Assembly (NCBI RefSeq): GCF_006345805.1
Contig: NC_043002.1
Coordinates: forward strand, 88,660,001 to 88,724,000
Reading direction: 5' to 3'
Source of the DNA: Octopus sinensis
Taxonomy: Eukaryota
Length of the DNA stretch: 64,000 bases
The notes beneath the pieces are model-generated. The model saw only the letters and a list, made by a program, of their open reading frames with translations, made no database searches and was not told the DNA's origin. The translations under genes and the position numbers were made by a program. Positions within the stretch are counted from its first letter, which is position 1, and every line of letters begins with the position of its first letter. Shown here one piece after another: positions 36,341 to 48,832 of the stretch.

Positions 36341-38004
36341 AGAGAGAGAGAGTCATTTCCATTCACTAAACCCATTCAAAACCTAAATGTTTTTTGAATG
36401 AGTCGACCTGAAGCTATCAAAACTAAAAATTGTCTGAGATGCCATGCAGCAGGATTGAACCCTGAGACCTCATGATTGTAAAGCAAAATTGTTTTACCAT
36501 TTAGCCTGAGTATAAAATAAAATAAAAGCTAGGTATATATGTCCTTCAATTGACCGTACTCCTCTCCTATAGTTTGTGGTTTTGCCACTATAAAAAAAAC
36601 AGTTATTCTTATCCAATGCATTCAAAAAGTACCATTATTCTTATTTATTTGGTTTTGATTTTTTGTTTAAAGAAAAAATAAAACAGATGAAAAATAAACA
36701 GAAATATTCAAGTAATACTCCTTTGAATTTCTTACTTTGAAATAATTAAAGGATATATCTGTAGAGAACATTGGAATCAAGAATTATATAATTAATCTGA
36801 GATAATTTTTGCTATCAGTCATGGTAGCAGAGATGTGATACTATAAATAAGGTAATTCAGGGTTTCATGAATTTTGCCTAAAATTACAATCCAAAATTGG
36901 AGAAAAAATTTGCCTGTCAGAAATTTGAATTTCAAGTTTTAAAAAGAATTTACATCTAAACCATTTTAATTATTCATTTGCCACACTTCTTGTGGTTGTT
37001 GCAGCTGCTGTTTGACTTCAAATTAGCTCTGATCTGCAAGACCTATAATTAAAGTCATTCCAGATATGACCAACCTGACTAGGCTTATTTCTCATGCATT
37101 ATATATCTAGGTCCAGGACTACATTGTCTACCAAGTCCTTCCTTTTTCAATACAGTAATTTAAGGGATAATTGACTGCTAATTCTAACAAAGTGTGCCTT
37201 TCTCCATTATATAAAGAGGGCACTAATGAATGTCCTTGTTACTTAAACCTTTTGAGATCAACCTGACCAAAACTGAATTTCATGTTAATTCATGTTAATT
37301 TCATGTTAATTTATGTTTCAAGCACCAACATAATAATGACAATGTTATTTTATTAAATTCTTCATTATTTTCCAAATTAGTTGAAACAAAGATGGCTTAT
37401 TTTAACAGAAATATGGTAACAAAACGATTAATCATTTAGTCCATTTCTCCTGTTAAATCTAATTCTTTTAGGTCAAGCATGCTTCCTTTATTCCATGTTT
37501 TCCCCGAGAATCACTTAATCACTAAAAAAATAACTGCAGAAGTAAATAGGCTAAACACCAGAATCGAAGAAAATTAGTGGTGATCAGCATAAATTAATCA
37601 ATAGGAGAGTTTAATGAGTTCACCTGTCATGAACAATGCATTTTGTCTGTGAGATAAGGTCAGAAAAAATATGCTTTTTAAACTTGGACAGGATGCAACT
37701 AAAATTTATTTACCTCTAGTCTACGTGGCAACACCATATTATACTATTATTTTTGTTACTGTAACGCAAATGGTAAAATCGAGGATGTTCTTCCCTTGCA
37801 GAAAAATAGCTTATTGAATGAACTCTTTCCATCAAAGTAATTTAAGAATTAGAGCTTCATACAGTCTATACTCTCAAATGTAAAATGGTGCATTTTTATC
37901 TAGTTCTGTTCATATAGTCACATTACATGATTCAATCACCAGTTGTTTTAATTTTTCACTGCTCATTGTCTCAATGTTACTTCATAATGTTGCCACATAG
38001 CTTT

Positions 38005-38044
38005 GTTGTCACTTAACATAACAGTTGTGTGTGTGCATGTGTGT

Positions 38045-38079
<35 letters not shown>

Positions 38080-38185
38080 TACACACACATACACACACAT
38101 ACATATACACCCATACGCCCACACACACACACACAGACACACAAACATACACAAAAATCACATACAGCACACACATACATGCACA
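38005..38185. repeat. (CA)n-rich tract
   Basis: Direct reading. Confidence 0.9.
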
Positions 38186-38719
38186 CATCAATAGGCCTAT
38201 TTAAAATGAAATTCCTTTTGTCAAAAGAAAAATTAATTCTTTGTTCTTGTATTATATGTGAACCATTAATTCCTACTCTTAAAAAAATTATTAATTTTAA
38301 TCTTCTCATTTGATTTTAGACTACGTTTTTGGCCCTGGAAACTAAATATAATATTTAAATCATGTATTTTCATTTTATCTAACATTGAATAAACAGAAAA
38401 CTGCCATTCTTTCAGTTCAGTGCCAAGAGAGAGAGAGATAAGTGAAATGTTTTAATCATCAACAATGAAAATGTTCATAAAATAATTTTAAAAGCTGAAT
38501 GCAGGAATTTCTTTGTCCATATTATTTATTATTGTTGTATTTGTGCTCTGTGTTCCACTTAGATTGTTCTTGCTTACTCTTATATATTTATTCATTTGTA
38601 CATCTCCATTTTTACATCCATTTTTCCCATACTAACATGAATTAGATGAATAAATATCATTGAAGCAGTGTTTTACAGCTGGATGCCATTCTTGCCACTA
38701 ACCCTTACCCGATTTTCAA

Positions 38720-39910
38720 ACAAGGGAGCATACTAATGAGTATAGCAAGGAATTTAATGTACAACTAGGAGTCCATCAGGGATCAGCTCTCAGCCCCACT
38801 CTTGTTTATCATAGTCCTCCAAGTTATAACAGAGAAATTTAATACTGGCTGCATTTGGGAACTTCTCTATACTGATGACTGTGTTCTTATTACTGAATCA
38901 CTACCAAAACTAGAGAAGAAATATTAGGTATGGCAGCAAAGCCTGGAATCAAAGGGCCTTAGAATTCATTTAGCAAAAATCAAAGACTGTGTTCTTATTA
39001 CTGAATCACTACGAAAACTAGAAAAGTAATATCGGGTATGGCAGCAAAGCCTGGAATCAAAGGGCCTTAGAATTAATTTAGCAAAAACCAAAGACATAGA
39101 AGTAGGAAAACAAACAAGCCACAGTTCCTTTCAAGGAGATGGTCCAGCTTGATATGTAGAAAAGGTGTTGGGAGAAACTGCATAAGGTGTACCCAGTGCA
39201 AGCTATTAACACATAAGAGGTGCAGCAGTATCACTGGAAGACTAACTGAGAAAGTAGTCTTTGATGTGGAAGATGAGCAGGTACATTAAATAGCAGGAAT
39301 GTACAAAATACAGACTTCCTCAAATGTCAGTGGGTGATCCTTAGAAGTAGTAGGCAGTTTCTGTTACTTAGATGACCAAGTTAGCTGTGACAGAGGTTAT
39401 TCCAAAAGTATAGCCACTAGAATAAGAGGCAGGGCAAAGTTAAGAGAGCTACTACCGCTGTTAGTAATGAAGGGCCTCTCCCTCAAAGTGAAAGGCAGAT
39501 TGTATGATGTCTATACTACATGGCAATGAAACATGGGCTATGACTGCTGAGGACATGTGAAGGTTTGAAAGAAATGCATCCAGTATGTTCTAGGGATAGG
39601 TAATGTCAGTGTGCATATATGACAGAATGTAAGTCATTTGAGAGAAAAGCAAAGTAAATGTGGCATCAGATGTAGTTTTCAAGAGAGAAGACGGCATTGA
39701 TACAGTCATGTAATGCATATGAATGAAGACTATGGCATCAAGAAGTGCTGAGCTCTAACTGTGAAGGAAACGTGTGGTAGGGGTAGACCCAGGTAGACAT
39801 GGGATGAAGTGCTGAGAAAGGATCTTCAGATGTTGTGACTCACAGAGGGGAGGGGCTGACAGAGGACTGAGACTTCTGGCAGGTTTCTGTGCTTGAGAAA
39901 ACAAGTCAAG
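38720..39910 (+). mobile_element. RTE-clade LINE, RT core to C-terminus, decayed
   Basis: GVHQGSAL(fs)PLLFIIVLQ..WELLYTDDCVL..LESKGLRI..LPLLVMKGLSLKVKGRLYD..CGRGRPR*TWDEVLRKDL. Confidence 0.9.
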
Positions 39911-39974
39911 CTAAGAAAATACGTGGTCATCTTTGCATATGAGCATATCCTGGGGCATCCCTCTCCAGCTGAGC

Positions 39975-40220
39975 ATTTTTAACCTTGTGGTCTCTTGATT
40001 GCTGAGCCAACATAAAATGCACTCATGTTAGTACCACATAATAGCATCCACGCCAGTGCTACGTAAAAGCATTCAGTACATTCTGTAAAGTGGTTGACAT
40101 TAGGAAGGGCATCCAGCCATAGAAACCATGTCAAAACAGACATGGAAACTGGGTAGCTAACCAGCTGACCGGATCCTGTCAAACTGCCCAACCCATGCAT
40201 GCATGGAAAACAGACATTAA

Positions 40221-40282
<62 letters not shown>

Positions 40283-40290
40283 GGTGGTGG
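39975..40290 (+). mobile_element. SINE family C with (GAT)n(GGT)n tail
   Basis: Family consensus. Confidence 0.8.
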
Positions 40291-40559
40291 TGGTGATATA
40301 CACATGTTTGAAAGTATGTATGCATGTATGTATGTAGTTAGTGATGCCATCAGAAACAGAAGAAACAACAGATAAAGATATTCAATAGATCAAATGGATG
40401 ATACACTAATTTATTTATTGATAAGTAACACTTACAGGGCTACTTCTGTTACATTTACAGAGAAATTGCCTCTCTAATGGTTTTTCCTGTAAGAGACATT
40501 TATCATTCCATTTACATACACTCATATATATATATACATATATATATATACACATACAC

Positions 40560-40592
<33 letters not shown>

Positions 40593-40695
40593 CATACATA
40601 CATACATAGTTCACTTAGGTATAATGGTACTAATAACCTGGTGTTACAACACAATATACATATGCTTCAGAAAGAAACATTAGTTGAGTACAGAG

Positions 40696-40696
40696 C

Positions 40697-40758
<62 letters not shown>
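40696..40758. repeat. (AAT)n
   Basis: Direct reading. Confidence 0.95.
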
Positions 40759-40763
<5 letters not shown>

Positions 40764-40929
40764 CTAAATAAATAGCAAGTGGAAATATTTGAAGTTCTGA
40801 TGAAGCTATAGGGTGATACTAAAGCACTCAACTTTGAGTGCATTGCATCTCATAGCAGAAACAACAGTAAGCCATTTTCTTTGTTATTTATGTAATTATA
40901 TATATATATATTATTAACTTGCATGTTGA

Positions 40930-41126
40930 TAAATGAGCTGCAATGTCACTGGTGCCAAGCTGTATCAGCCTTTACCTTTCCCTTGGATAACATTGGTGGT
41001 GTGGAGAGAGGAGGCTGATATGTACGGACAACTGCTGGTCTTCCATAAACAACCTTGCCCAGACTTGTGCCTTGGAGGGTAACTTTCTAGGTGCAATCCC
41101 ATGGTCATTCATGAACCAAGGAGGTC
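40930..41126 (+). mobile_element. SINE family D, 3' half
   Basis: Reverse complement of part of 19107. Confidence 0.8.
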
Positions 41127-41561
41127 ACAACAACAACAATGTGTGTGTGTGTGTGTGTGTGTGTGTGTCTATGTGTTTGTGTTTATGTCCCCGTAACATA
41201 GTGGTTCAGTAAAAGAGACTTATAGAATAAGTACCAGGCTTTAAAAAAGAAAGGGATAGATCCATTTGACTAAAATTTCAAGGTGGTAACCTAGCATGAC
41301 CACTGTCTAATGACTGAAACAAATGAAAGAATAAAAGAATAGAAGGTTATATATATATATTATATCATCATTCATTCATATATACACATAAAAGTGTCCA
41401 TGGGGCGATACATAAAAGTGCCCATGCTGCGACACATAAAAGCATCCAGCACACTCTGTAAAGTGATTGATGTTAGGAAGCGATGCCAGTGGAGTCTGGT
41501 GCAGCTCCTAGCTTGCCAGCTCTGGCCACACCGTCCAACCAATGCCAGCATGATGATTATG

Positions 41562-41594
<33 letters not shown>

Positions 41595-41684
41595 TGTATG
41601 TATGTATGTATGTATGTATGTATGTGTGTATATATATATATATGTGTGTTTATATATATATAATATATATATATATATTGTGTC

Positions 41685-42280
41685 AGGTCACTTTTGAGTG
41701 CTACTGGTAACATGTAACCTAGTACAACCTGTTGCATGGTCGGGCTGTTGGAGACTAAACCGGCAGCCCCACCAAGCTTGCTTGGTGAGGAGGGTGTTTA
41801 TTGGATACCCTGTGGGATGAAAAACAAAACCCATCAAAGGGCGGAGGAACTCTTGAGAGTCAACGGCCATCCAATAAATGTGTGTTTTTTTTGGGGGGGG
41901 TGGTTTAAGGCTTAAGGCTGTATCATGCGCGGGGACATAGAAATAATTGGACTGAATACCCGATCGCGCGGTTAAACCATTGAGAGTGAAGGACTCCTAG
42001 CCTTTGTTGGGGCATCCTTCTAGGAGAAGGTAACTCAGGCAACTGGAATAACTCCGACATAAAACCTGCGGCTCAGTGGTTACCGATGATATTGACTTGT
42101 TCTTCTTTTCGGATTATGGCTTTTCGGATTAGTGAGTGGGATTGACTCAGTGCACAGCCTTTCCTCACTTTAAAAAAAATTTTCTTGCACAGGCATTGCA
42201 CAATAACAACATTCATTAAGCTTGTGCAATGGCCATACTCGATAACGAGGGGGCAGCCACCATGTATGTATGGATGGATG
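41685..42280 (+). mobile_element. Probable RTE-type LINE 5' UTR fragment
   Basis: GC/CpG-rich block with several hairpins and GGCATCCTTCTAGGAGAAGGTAACTC, which resembles RTE 5' UTR motifs as I recall them. No ORF attached. Confidence 0.5.
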
Positions 42281-42334
<54 letters not shown>

Positions 42335-42363
42335 CTGACAGATAAACAGACAGATAGACAGGC

Positions 42364-42398
<35 letters not shown>

Positions 42399-42774
42399 TA
42401 GATATTTATATATATATTACAAACATATGAACATATATACATGTGTGTATGTGTGTATGTATGTGAAGGTGCATGACAGCTGTTATGGTATTCAGTTCAT
42501 GGTCATATGACCATAAGGACATTAGCTCAATTCCCGGAAACAAGTTGTCTCCTTGAGCAAGATATTTTATTTCAAATTGCTCCAGTTCACTCAGCTGACA
42601 AAAATGGGTTGCACCTGCAATTCAAAGGGCCAGCCTTGTTATATTCTGAGTCACCCTGAATTTCTCTGGGAACCATATTAAGGGTTTACTGTGATATAGC
42701 ACTTTGGGAGCTGAATGGGACTGGAGATGAGTTGCCTATGGCTTTCAGATGTTTTAGCACCCAGTGCTCTGAGG

Positions 42775-43075
42775 AAGTGAAGGTATGTGCCTTAGTGGTT
42801 AGGGTTTTTTGGCTCGTGATCATAAGGTCGTGAGTTCAATCCTTGACACCACATTTTGTCTTTGAGCAGACCACTTTATTTCACGTTGCTTCAGCTGTCA
42901 AAAATTAGTAGTACATGTATTTCGAAGGGTCAGTCTTGTCGCTTTCAGTGTCAAGCCGAATCTCTCTGAGAACTACATTAAGGGTACATGTATCTGTGGA
43001 GTACTCAGCCATTTGCACATTATTTTATGAGCAGGCTATTCCATTGATCAGATCAACTGGAACACTTTCCATCAT
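42775..43075 (+). mobile_element. SINE family D head with an alternative 3' tail
   Basis: Head TAGTGGTTAGG..GAGTTCAATCC and CTTTGAGCAGACCACTTTATTTCACG, then a tail related to 34590-34720 (minus). Confidence 0.7.
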
Positions 43076-43116
43076 AACCATCAAAATGCCTGTTGTATGT
43101 ATGTATGCATGTATGT

Positions 43117-43382
43117 GATCACCATGACCGACCAGGCTATCAGATGTTGCTACACATCGCTGATCACAATGCGCTTCACATTGTTTTAGCCTGCTAAGCA
43201 AGCTAAGTGAGAGAAAGTTGTGGCGAAAGAGTACAGCAGGGGTCGCCACCACCCCCTGCCGGAGCCACATGGAGCTTTAGGTGTTTTCGCTCAATAAACA
43301 CTCACAACGCCCAGTCTGGGAATCGAAACCGCGATCCTACGACTGCAAGCCCACTGCCCTAACCACTGGGCCATTGTGCCTC
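43117..43382 (-). mobile_element. SINE family F
   Basis: Reverse complement of 27075-27375. Confidence 0.85.
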
Positions 43383-43500
43383 CACATGTATGTCTGTATT
43401 ATTCATAAAATACCAACTGCAAACTATATCAGTTGGATGCTTTTTCTAGCACCAATCACCACTTTACAGTACGCTCTGTTCGTGTACTGTAATGTGTTGG

Positions 43501-43925
43501 GGATCTTTTCAGTTTGACCGGCAGTTTTTTCTAGCGGTGTCATATGAAATTGTCACCCATAATTATGACCCTAGTATCGATCTATTGCATTTCAATCTAT
43601 TTTAGGGTTAGGGTTAGGGTTAGGGGTGGGGGGAAGGGTATCTTTTTTTTCTTCAGAAATGTAAATAAACCCAATCTGTTTCTTAAACGAGGGACATATT
43701 CATACGGCACAGAATGTTTTCATCTCAATAGACATCATTGATTGGTTGAAATTGCAGAAATTGAAGTAAAAAAAAAAACAAATATCTTACAAACCATAGA
43801 ATTTTCTCAATAAAGCCAAGAGAAAAAGATGTTTTATAAACACATTCTATCAGTATACGAAGTTTAAAAGTGTTTAGTTACGTGGAAATTATTTTAAAAA
43901 ACTGCCAGTCAAACCGAAAAGATCC
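43501..43925 (+). mobile_element. MITE with 8-bp TSD and 5'-GG TIRs (Merlin-like), containing (TTAGGG)4
   Basis: TIR GGATCTTTTC(A/G)GTTTGA..GGCAGTTTTT; TSD TGTGTTGG at 43493-43500 and 43926-43933. Confidence 0.9.
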
Positions 43926-44089
43926 TGTGTTGGTATTTGAAAGGGCATCCAGCTATACAAACCAAACCAAAATGGAGATGCACAAGTGAGGTATCCTTCT
44001 AAATTGAGCAATACTTTTGAATATGTGCTAACTCAAACTGTGGCAACCCAGCTAGCCTTTGCCAGCATGGGAAGCAATGAAAAATTTTG

Positions 44090-44467
44090 ATGTTGATATG
44101 ACGATGATGATGATGATGACGATGAGGATGATGATGACATTGATGATAACGACAAAGACGATGACAAGGATGAGGTCAATGATGACAATGATAATGATGA
44201 TAATGATGATGACAAGGATGATGCTAACAACAGCGAAAATGACAACAGCAGCAACAACAACAACAAAAGCGCTAACGACAGTGATGATGATGGCAGTGGC
44301 AGTGGTGGTGGCATTGATGATGACGACGACGATGACGACGACGGCGGTGGTGGTGGTGGTGGTGACGACGAAGAGGAGGAGGGGGAGGTGGGGGAGGTGG
44401 GGAGGAGGGGGAGGAGGGGGAGGGGGAGGAGGGGGAGGGGGAGGAGGAGGAGGAGGAGGAGGAGGAG
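44090..44467. repeat. (GAT)n-(GGT)n-(GGA)n tract
   Basis: Direct reading. Confidence 0.9.
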
Positions 44468-44808
44468 TGTGTGCTATTGTCTGAGAAGGCTTCAGAAAGA
44501 GTACACTCAATACAAGGCAACTGGGTCAGTTTATCATTTATCATAGCATTATAAATCAAGCTTCATATGCAGCCAAAGGGTATCAGATGTTTTTTGTAAA
44601 TAATTAATGTTCCCTACAAGGAAGGAATAATCAAATATTCATGAGATATGGCCATGCAAATATGTATGGCTAGGGCTCTTTTGTACTGGTTGTTAGAAAG
44701 AATATATTCAATCAACAAGTTCTGAAGTCTTTGGTCGTAGAAAAAAAAATGAATTTTTTAAAAAGTGCAAAAAAATAACACAGCACAATATTCAATTTTA
44801 ATCTGAGA

Positions 44809-44935
44809 CAGTGGTTCTCAGCCAGGGTCCATACGGCCCCTGGGGTTCCATATAAGATTTTGGGGGATCCATGCAACAAAATAGTAAATTGAGGATCCAC
44901 AGTAGTATTTTACAGGCCCCTGGAAAAATTTTACT
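44809..44935 (+). mobile_element. hAT-like transposon end, truncated
   Basis: Starts CAGTGGTTCTCAGCC, a typical hAT/Charlie terminus; no partner end found. Confidence 0.5.
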
Positions 44936-44979
44936 TTTGGATGTGTAATGTAAGTGTACATGTTCGATAATGTCAATGT

Positions 44980-45180
44980 TCTGAGAGAGAAATTAGGCAT
45001 AAGAGGAATTTGTTGTTGTGTACGAGAGAAGTGACTGCACTGGTTTGGTCATGTGATGTGGATGGAACATGTGGAAGTGGGAGACCCAGAAAACATGGGA
45101 TGAAATACTGAAGAATGACCTTAGGAAGCTGAATCTTTCAAGTGAGATGACAAAGGAGCGAGATACCTGGCACCTGACCA
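44980..45180 (+). mobile_element. RTE LINE C-terminal fragment
   Basis: LREKLGIRGICCCVREK*LHWFGHVMWM..GTCGSGRPRKTWDEILKNDL. Confidence 0.8.
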
Positions 45181-45219
45181 TACACAAGAGGACCTGTACC
45201 CCACAGCAGAAGTGTTAAG

Positions 45220-45430
45220 ACTGATCCTTCTGGTTGTGAAAAGCCCCCATGGTGATGCCATGTAAAAACGCCCATGCAGTGCCACATAAAAGTGCCCATG
45301 CAGTGTCACATAACAGCATCCATGCAGTACCACATAAAATGCCCGTGTAGTGCCACATAAAAGCATCCAGCACACTCTGTAAAATGGTTGGCATTAGGAA
45401 GGGCATCCAGCCATAGAAACCATAACATTA
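45220..45430 (+). mobile_element. SINE family C fragment
   Basis: Repeated GTGCCACATAAAA units and GGAAGGGCATCCAGCCATAGAAAC. Confidence 0.7.
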
Positions 45431-45431
45431 G

Positions 45432-45720
45432 AATGATATACTCCATTAATATTCCGAGCTGTCTGTGATGCTGTATTTCCAAGAAAGAACTCATATTTCA
45501 AAACTGTACGAATTTCCGACTTATCCATCTCTAAACAAAAATAGCAAAAACCGATTTATAGATACTTTATAAAGCACAAAAGGAGTTAAAATTTTAAAAA
45601 TAGGTGTGTCAACTTTCTAACAAAAAAATAAAGATTGTCAAAATATAATACTGGTGCAAAATGAGCAGCTGTCAAATTTTACCATACACCTTACTACAAA
45701 TTTCATACTTGACAACCTAA
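45432..45720 (-). mobile_element. Mariner left end including the transposase start (same family as 18405)
   Basis: TIR ends at 45720 followed by TA; ATG at 45528 gives MDKSEIRTVLKYEFFLGNTASQTARNINGVY. Confidence 0.85.
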
Positions 45721-45724
45721 TATA

Positions 45725-46140
45725 TAGGTGCAGGTGGGGCTGTGTGGTAAGAAGCTTGCTTTCCTACCACATGATTCTGGGTTCAGTCCCACTATGTGGT
45801 TCCTTGGGTAAGAGTCTTCTACCTTAGCCTCAGGCTGACCAAAGCCTTGTGGGTGGATTTGGTAAACAGAAACTGAAAGAAGCCCAGTGTGCATATATAT
45901 ATATCTGTGTGTGTGTGTGTCTTCGTGTCTGTGTTTGTCCCCCACCCCATCACTACTTGACAAATGGTGTGTTTACATCCCCATAACTTGGTAGCTTGGC
46001 AAAAGAAGACCAACAGAATAAGCACTAGGCTTTATAAAAAAAATAAGTCCTGAAGTCAATTTGTTTGGCTGAAACCATTCAAGGCAGTGTCCTAGCATGG
46101 CCACAGTCAAATGACTGAAACAAGAAAAAGAATAAAAGAA
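45725..46140 (+). mobile_element. SINE family A
   Basis: Family consensus. Confidence 0.85.
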
Positions 46141-46889
46141 TTTAGAAGTGTACACACACACAGACACACACACAGACACACACACACACACACATACACA
46201 CATGTACATATGGGCAGAAGATAAACATTTGTATATGAGTGCGTGTGTGTGTGTGCACAAGTTTGTACTTGCCCCTCACCACTTGACAACCCTGTAACAC
46301 AGCAGTTTGGCAACAACAACAAAATAATAAAGAAAAGAGAAAGAAAAGTGCAACCAATATAATAAGTAATGACCTGCAAATAAGAATTGGGGTTGTTTTG
46401 ATGGACTGAAAATTACTTTGCAGCCAAGCTTTACCATGGTTGCAATCAAATGACCGAAACAAATAAAGGAATAAAATAACACAAGAATAGAAAGACAGAG
46501 ACACTTCCTAATAACACTGGGTGTTAAAATACCTGTCTTCTTTGAGATTTATTCAAGTTCTGATTCATGGAGTTGCTGACAAAGTGACAAGACCTTTTGT
46601 GTTAAGACAGTTCCCAAGGTTTTTACATGGTTGGGTCAGTGTAGCCATATATTTTGGTGGGTGCACCTGCACCTGCACCTAGGACACTGCCTTGAATGGT
46701 TTTAGCCGAACAAATTGACTCCAGGACTTATTTTTTTTATAAAGCCTAGTGCTTATTCTGTTGGTCTTCTTTTGCCAAGCTGCTCGCTCAGTTATGGGGA
46801 TGTAAACACACCAACACCAGTTGTCAAGCAGTGATGGGGGACAAACACAGACACAAAGACACATACACACACAGATATATATATATATA

Positions 46890-47017
46890 TAGCGTTAGGA
46901 AGGGCATCCAGCCGTAGAAACACTGCCAGATCTGACTGGGCCTGATGAAGCCTTCTGGCTTCACAGACCCCAGTTGAACCGTCCAACCCATGCTAGCATG
47001 GAAAACGGACGCTAAAC

Positions 47018-47050
<33 letters not shown>
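46890..47050 (+). mobile_element. SINE family C, 3' part
   Basis: Family consensus with (GAT)n tail. Confidence 0.85.
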
Positions 47051-47189
47051 ATATATATACACACACATTTCTGTAGCTCTTAAACATGTGCCTGTGAGTG
47101 TGTATATATGATTATTTTTTTACTTATGTGGTTTTGTAGATACATACAACCAAGTGCGTGCATATATTCATTTAAAGGATCGCAAAAGA

Positions 47190-47640
47190 AGAATTTTGAG
47201 AATGTCTCACAGATTTTTACTATGTTACTGATAAATTGGATTTGTAGGATGGACATCAATTTCTTTTGCTCTTTCTTAGAGAATCTTGGTATTTCTCACT
47301 TTTTGTTCAAATCCATTATTACATAAACTAATGCACCTCTGATGATGGATACAAATGAAAATCTATAACCAGGATACAAGAGCTGTAAATTTCCTATTAG
47401 TTCACCATATTCTCTTTTTACCTGATGGTGTGTTTACATCCATTGGACAGCTGGCTTCTACAATAGTACATGACTTTGGTTCTCTGTCCCACAAAACAAT
47501 ATCAGGTCTGTGGTGTTTGCACCAGATTGCTATTCTTATTAGACTATTCCACCAGTATTCCTTGTTTTTAAAGGTGTAAATGCATTCTGGTTCTGCCATG
47601 CCATTGATATAACAATCAGAGCAATCCTTCTTGCAGATAG
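47190..47640 (-). mobile_element. RLE-type non-LTR retrotransposon endonuclease remnant (second family)
   Basis: CKHHRPDIVLWDREPKSCTIVEASCPMDVN, then YGELIGNLQLLYPGYRFSFVSIIRGAL..VKICETFSKF. Confidence 0.8.
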
Positions 47641-47802
47641 CATTCTTTTACTCTTTTACTTGTTTCAGTCATTTGACTGTAGCCATGCTGGAGCACCACC
47701 TTTAGTCAAGCAAATCCATGAGTGACAGACAGAGGCAAACAGCTTTTTTGTAGTCTAGCCATATTGTTAGAAAACTATGGCAGTGTTGATTGGCCTCCTT
47801 AA

Positions 47803-48023
47803 CCCTTTTGTTACTGTATTTATTTTGAGATGCTCTGTGTTTCTTTCAATTACTTTAAATATAACAAAGAATTTAGTAAAATAACTTAGTTATCATTAAG
47901 CTAGTGTTAGGGACATACATTGTGACTAAGGTTTGGTGGAAGATTTTAATTCAAAACTTATGAAAACAAGACATTTGTACTACAAAGCCAGAGGCGGTTT
48001 CAGCCAGGTTGGTAACGAAAGGG
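47803..48023. mobile_element. piggyBac-type MITE, second family
   Basis: TTAA-CCCTTTTGTTAC..GTAACGAAAGGG-TTCA. Confidence 0.7.
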
Positions 48024-48349
48024 TTCAGGAGAACTTTGATGATGAGGAACTGTTCATCACAGCCCCATACTCCTTTCTTTTCCCTTACCTGTTCATTTGT
48101 TATTATACCCTTTGTTTAGAAGTAGTCTCAGAGAAATACATTCAAACAACCAGTGTGCAGCTCATACATAATATTTAAGCATGTAGTTAAGTTTGTAACT
48201 TTTGGCTATATGGATCACTTGTTCGTGAATACAAATGTAATCCATGTGATTTTCAACCAATCCAGTATATCTAGCTCAGAATCCATTGTTGTTGTTTTTT
48301 TTTTTTTTGGGGGGGGGGGTTCTTGTTTTTTTTTCTTTTTTTTAATATA

Positions 48350-48530
48350 GACATAGGAGTAGCTGTGTGGTAAGTAGCTTGCTTACGAACCACATGGTTC
48401 CAGGTTCAGTCCCACTGTGTGGCACCTTGGGCAAGTGTTTTCTACTATAGCCTCAGGCCGATCAAAGCCTTGTGAGTGGATTTGGTAGATGGAAACTGAA
48501 AGAAGTCCATTGTATATATGTATATATATA
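48350..48530 (+). mobile_element. SINE family A 5' module (split by an insertion)
   Basis: The 3' module resumes at 49456. Confidence 0.85.
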
Positions 48531-48772
48531 TATATTTAATGTAGGATAAAATTATTTTTGAAAAAAAAAAAAATTTTTATCAATGGCCAGCATGTTAAAA
48601 AATACCTTTAAAGGTTAAAATTATAAACAACTTATCAATAAGGGCAAACGAAAAAATTTCTAATGCCAAATATGCTGAAAATTGGACATATTATCCATAA
48701 CCATATAATTTTTCACAATATGCATGCTTATCGAAAAAAAAGCCGACAGAAATTTCTAAAAAATTCCATTAA

Positions 48773-48832
48773 TTACCATATCGGACTGATTTCAGGATTA
48801 GTTTGTAAGAACCCTCCCTTCGTCAGTGATAA
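48773..48832 (-). ncRNA. Type I hammerhead ribozyme, core intact
   Basis: Minus strand TTATCA-CTGACGA-AGGG..TCCT-GAA-ATCAGTCCGAT-A-TGGTAA; 6-bp stem I; predicted cut after 48779. Confidence 0.8.

Noticed and set aside
37720-37790. Exon-like signals on both strands
   Set aside because: Ambiguous strand, nearby stops and no homology.
43602-43625. Chromosome end or telomere fusion
   Set aside because: The TTAGGG run is a fixed internal part of a MITE present twice in the window.
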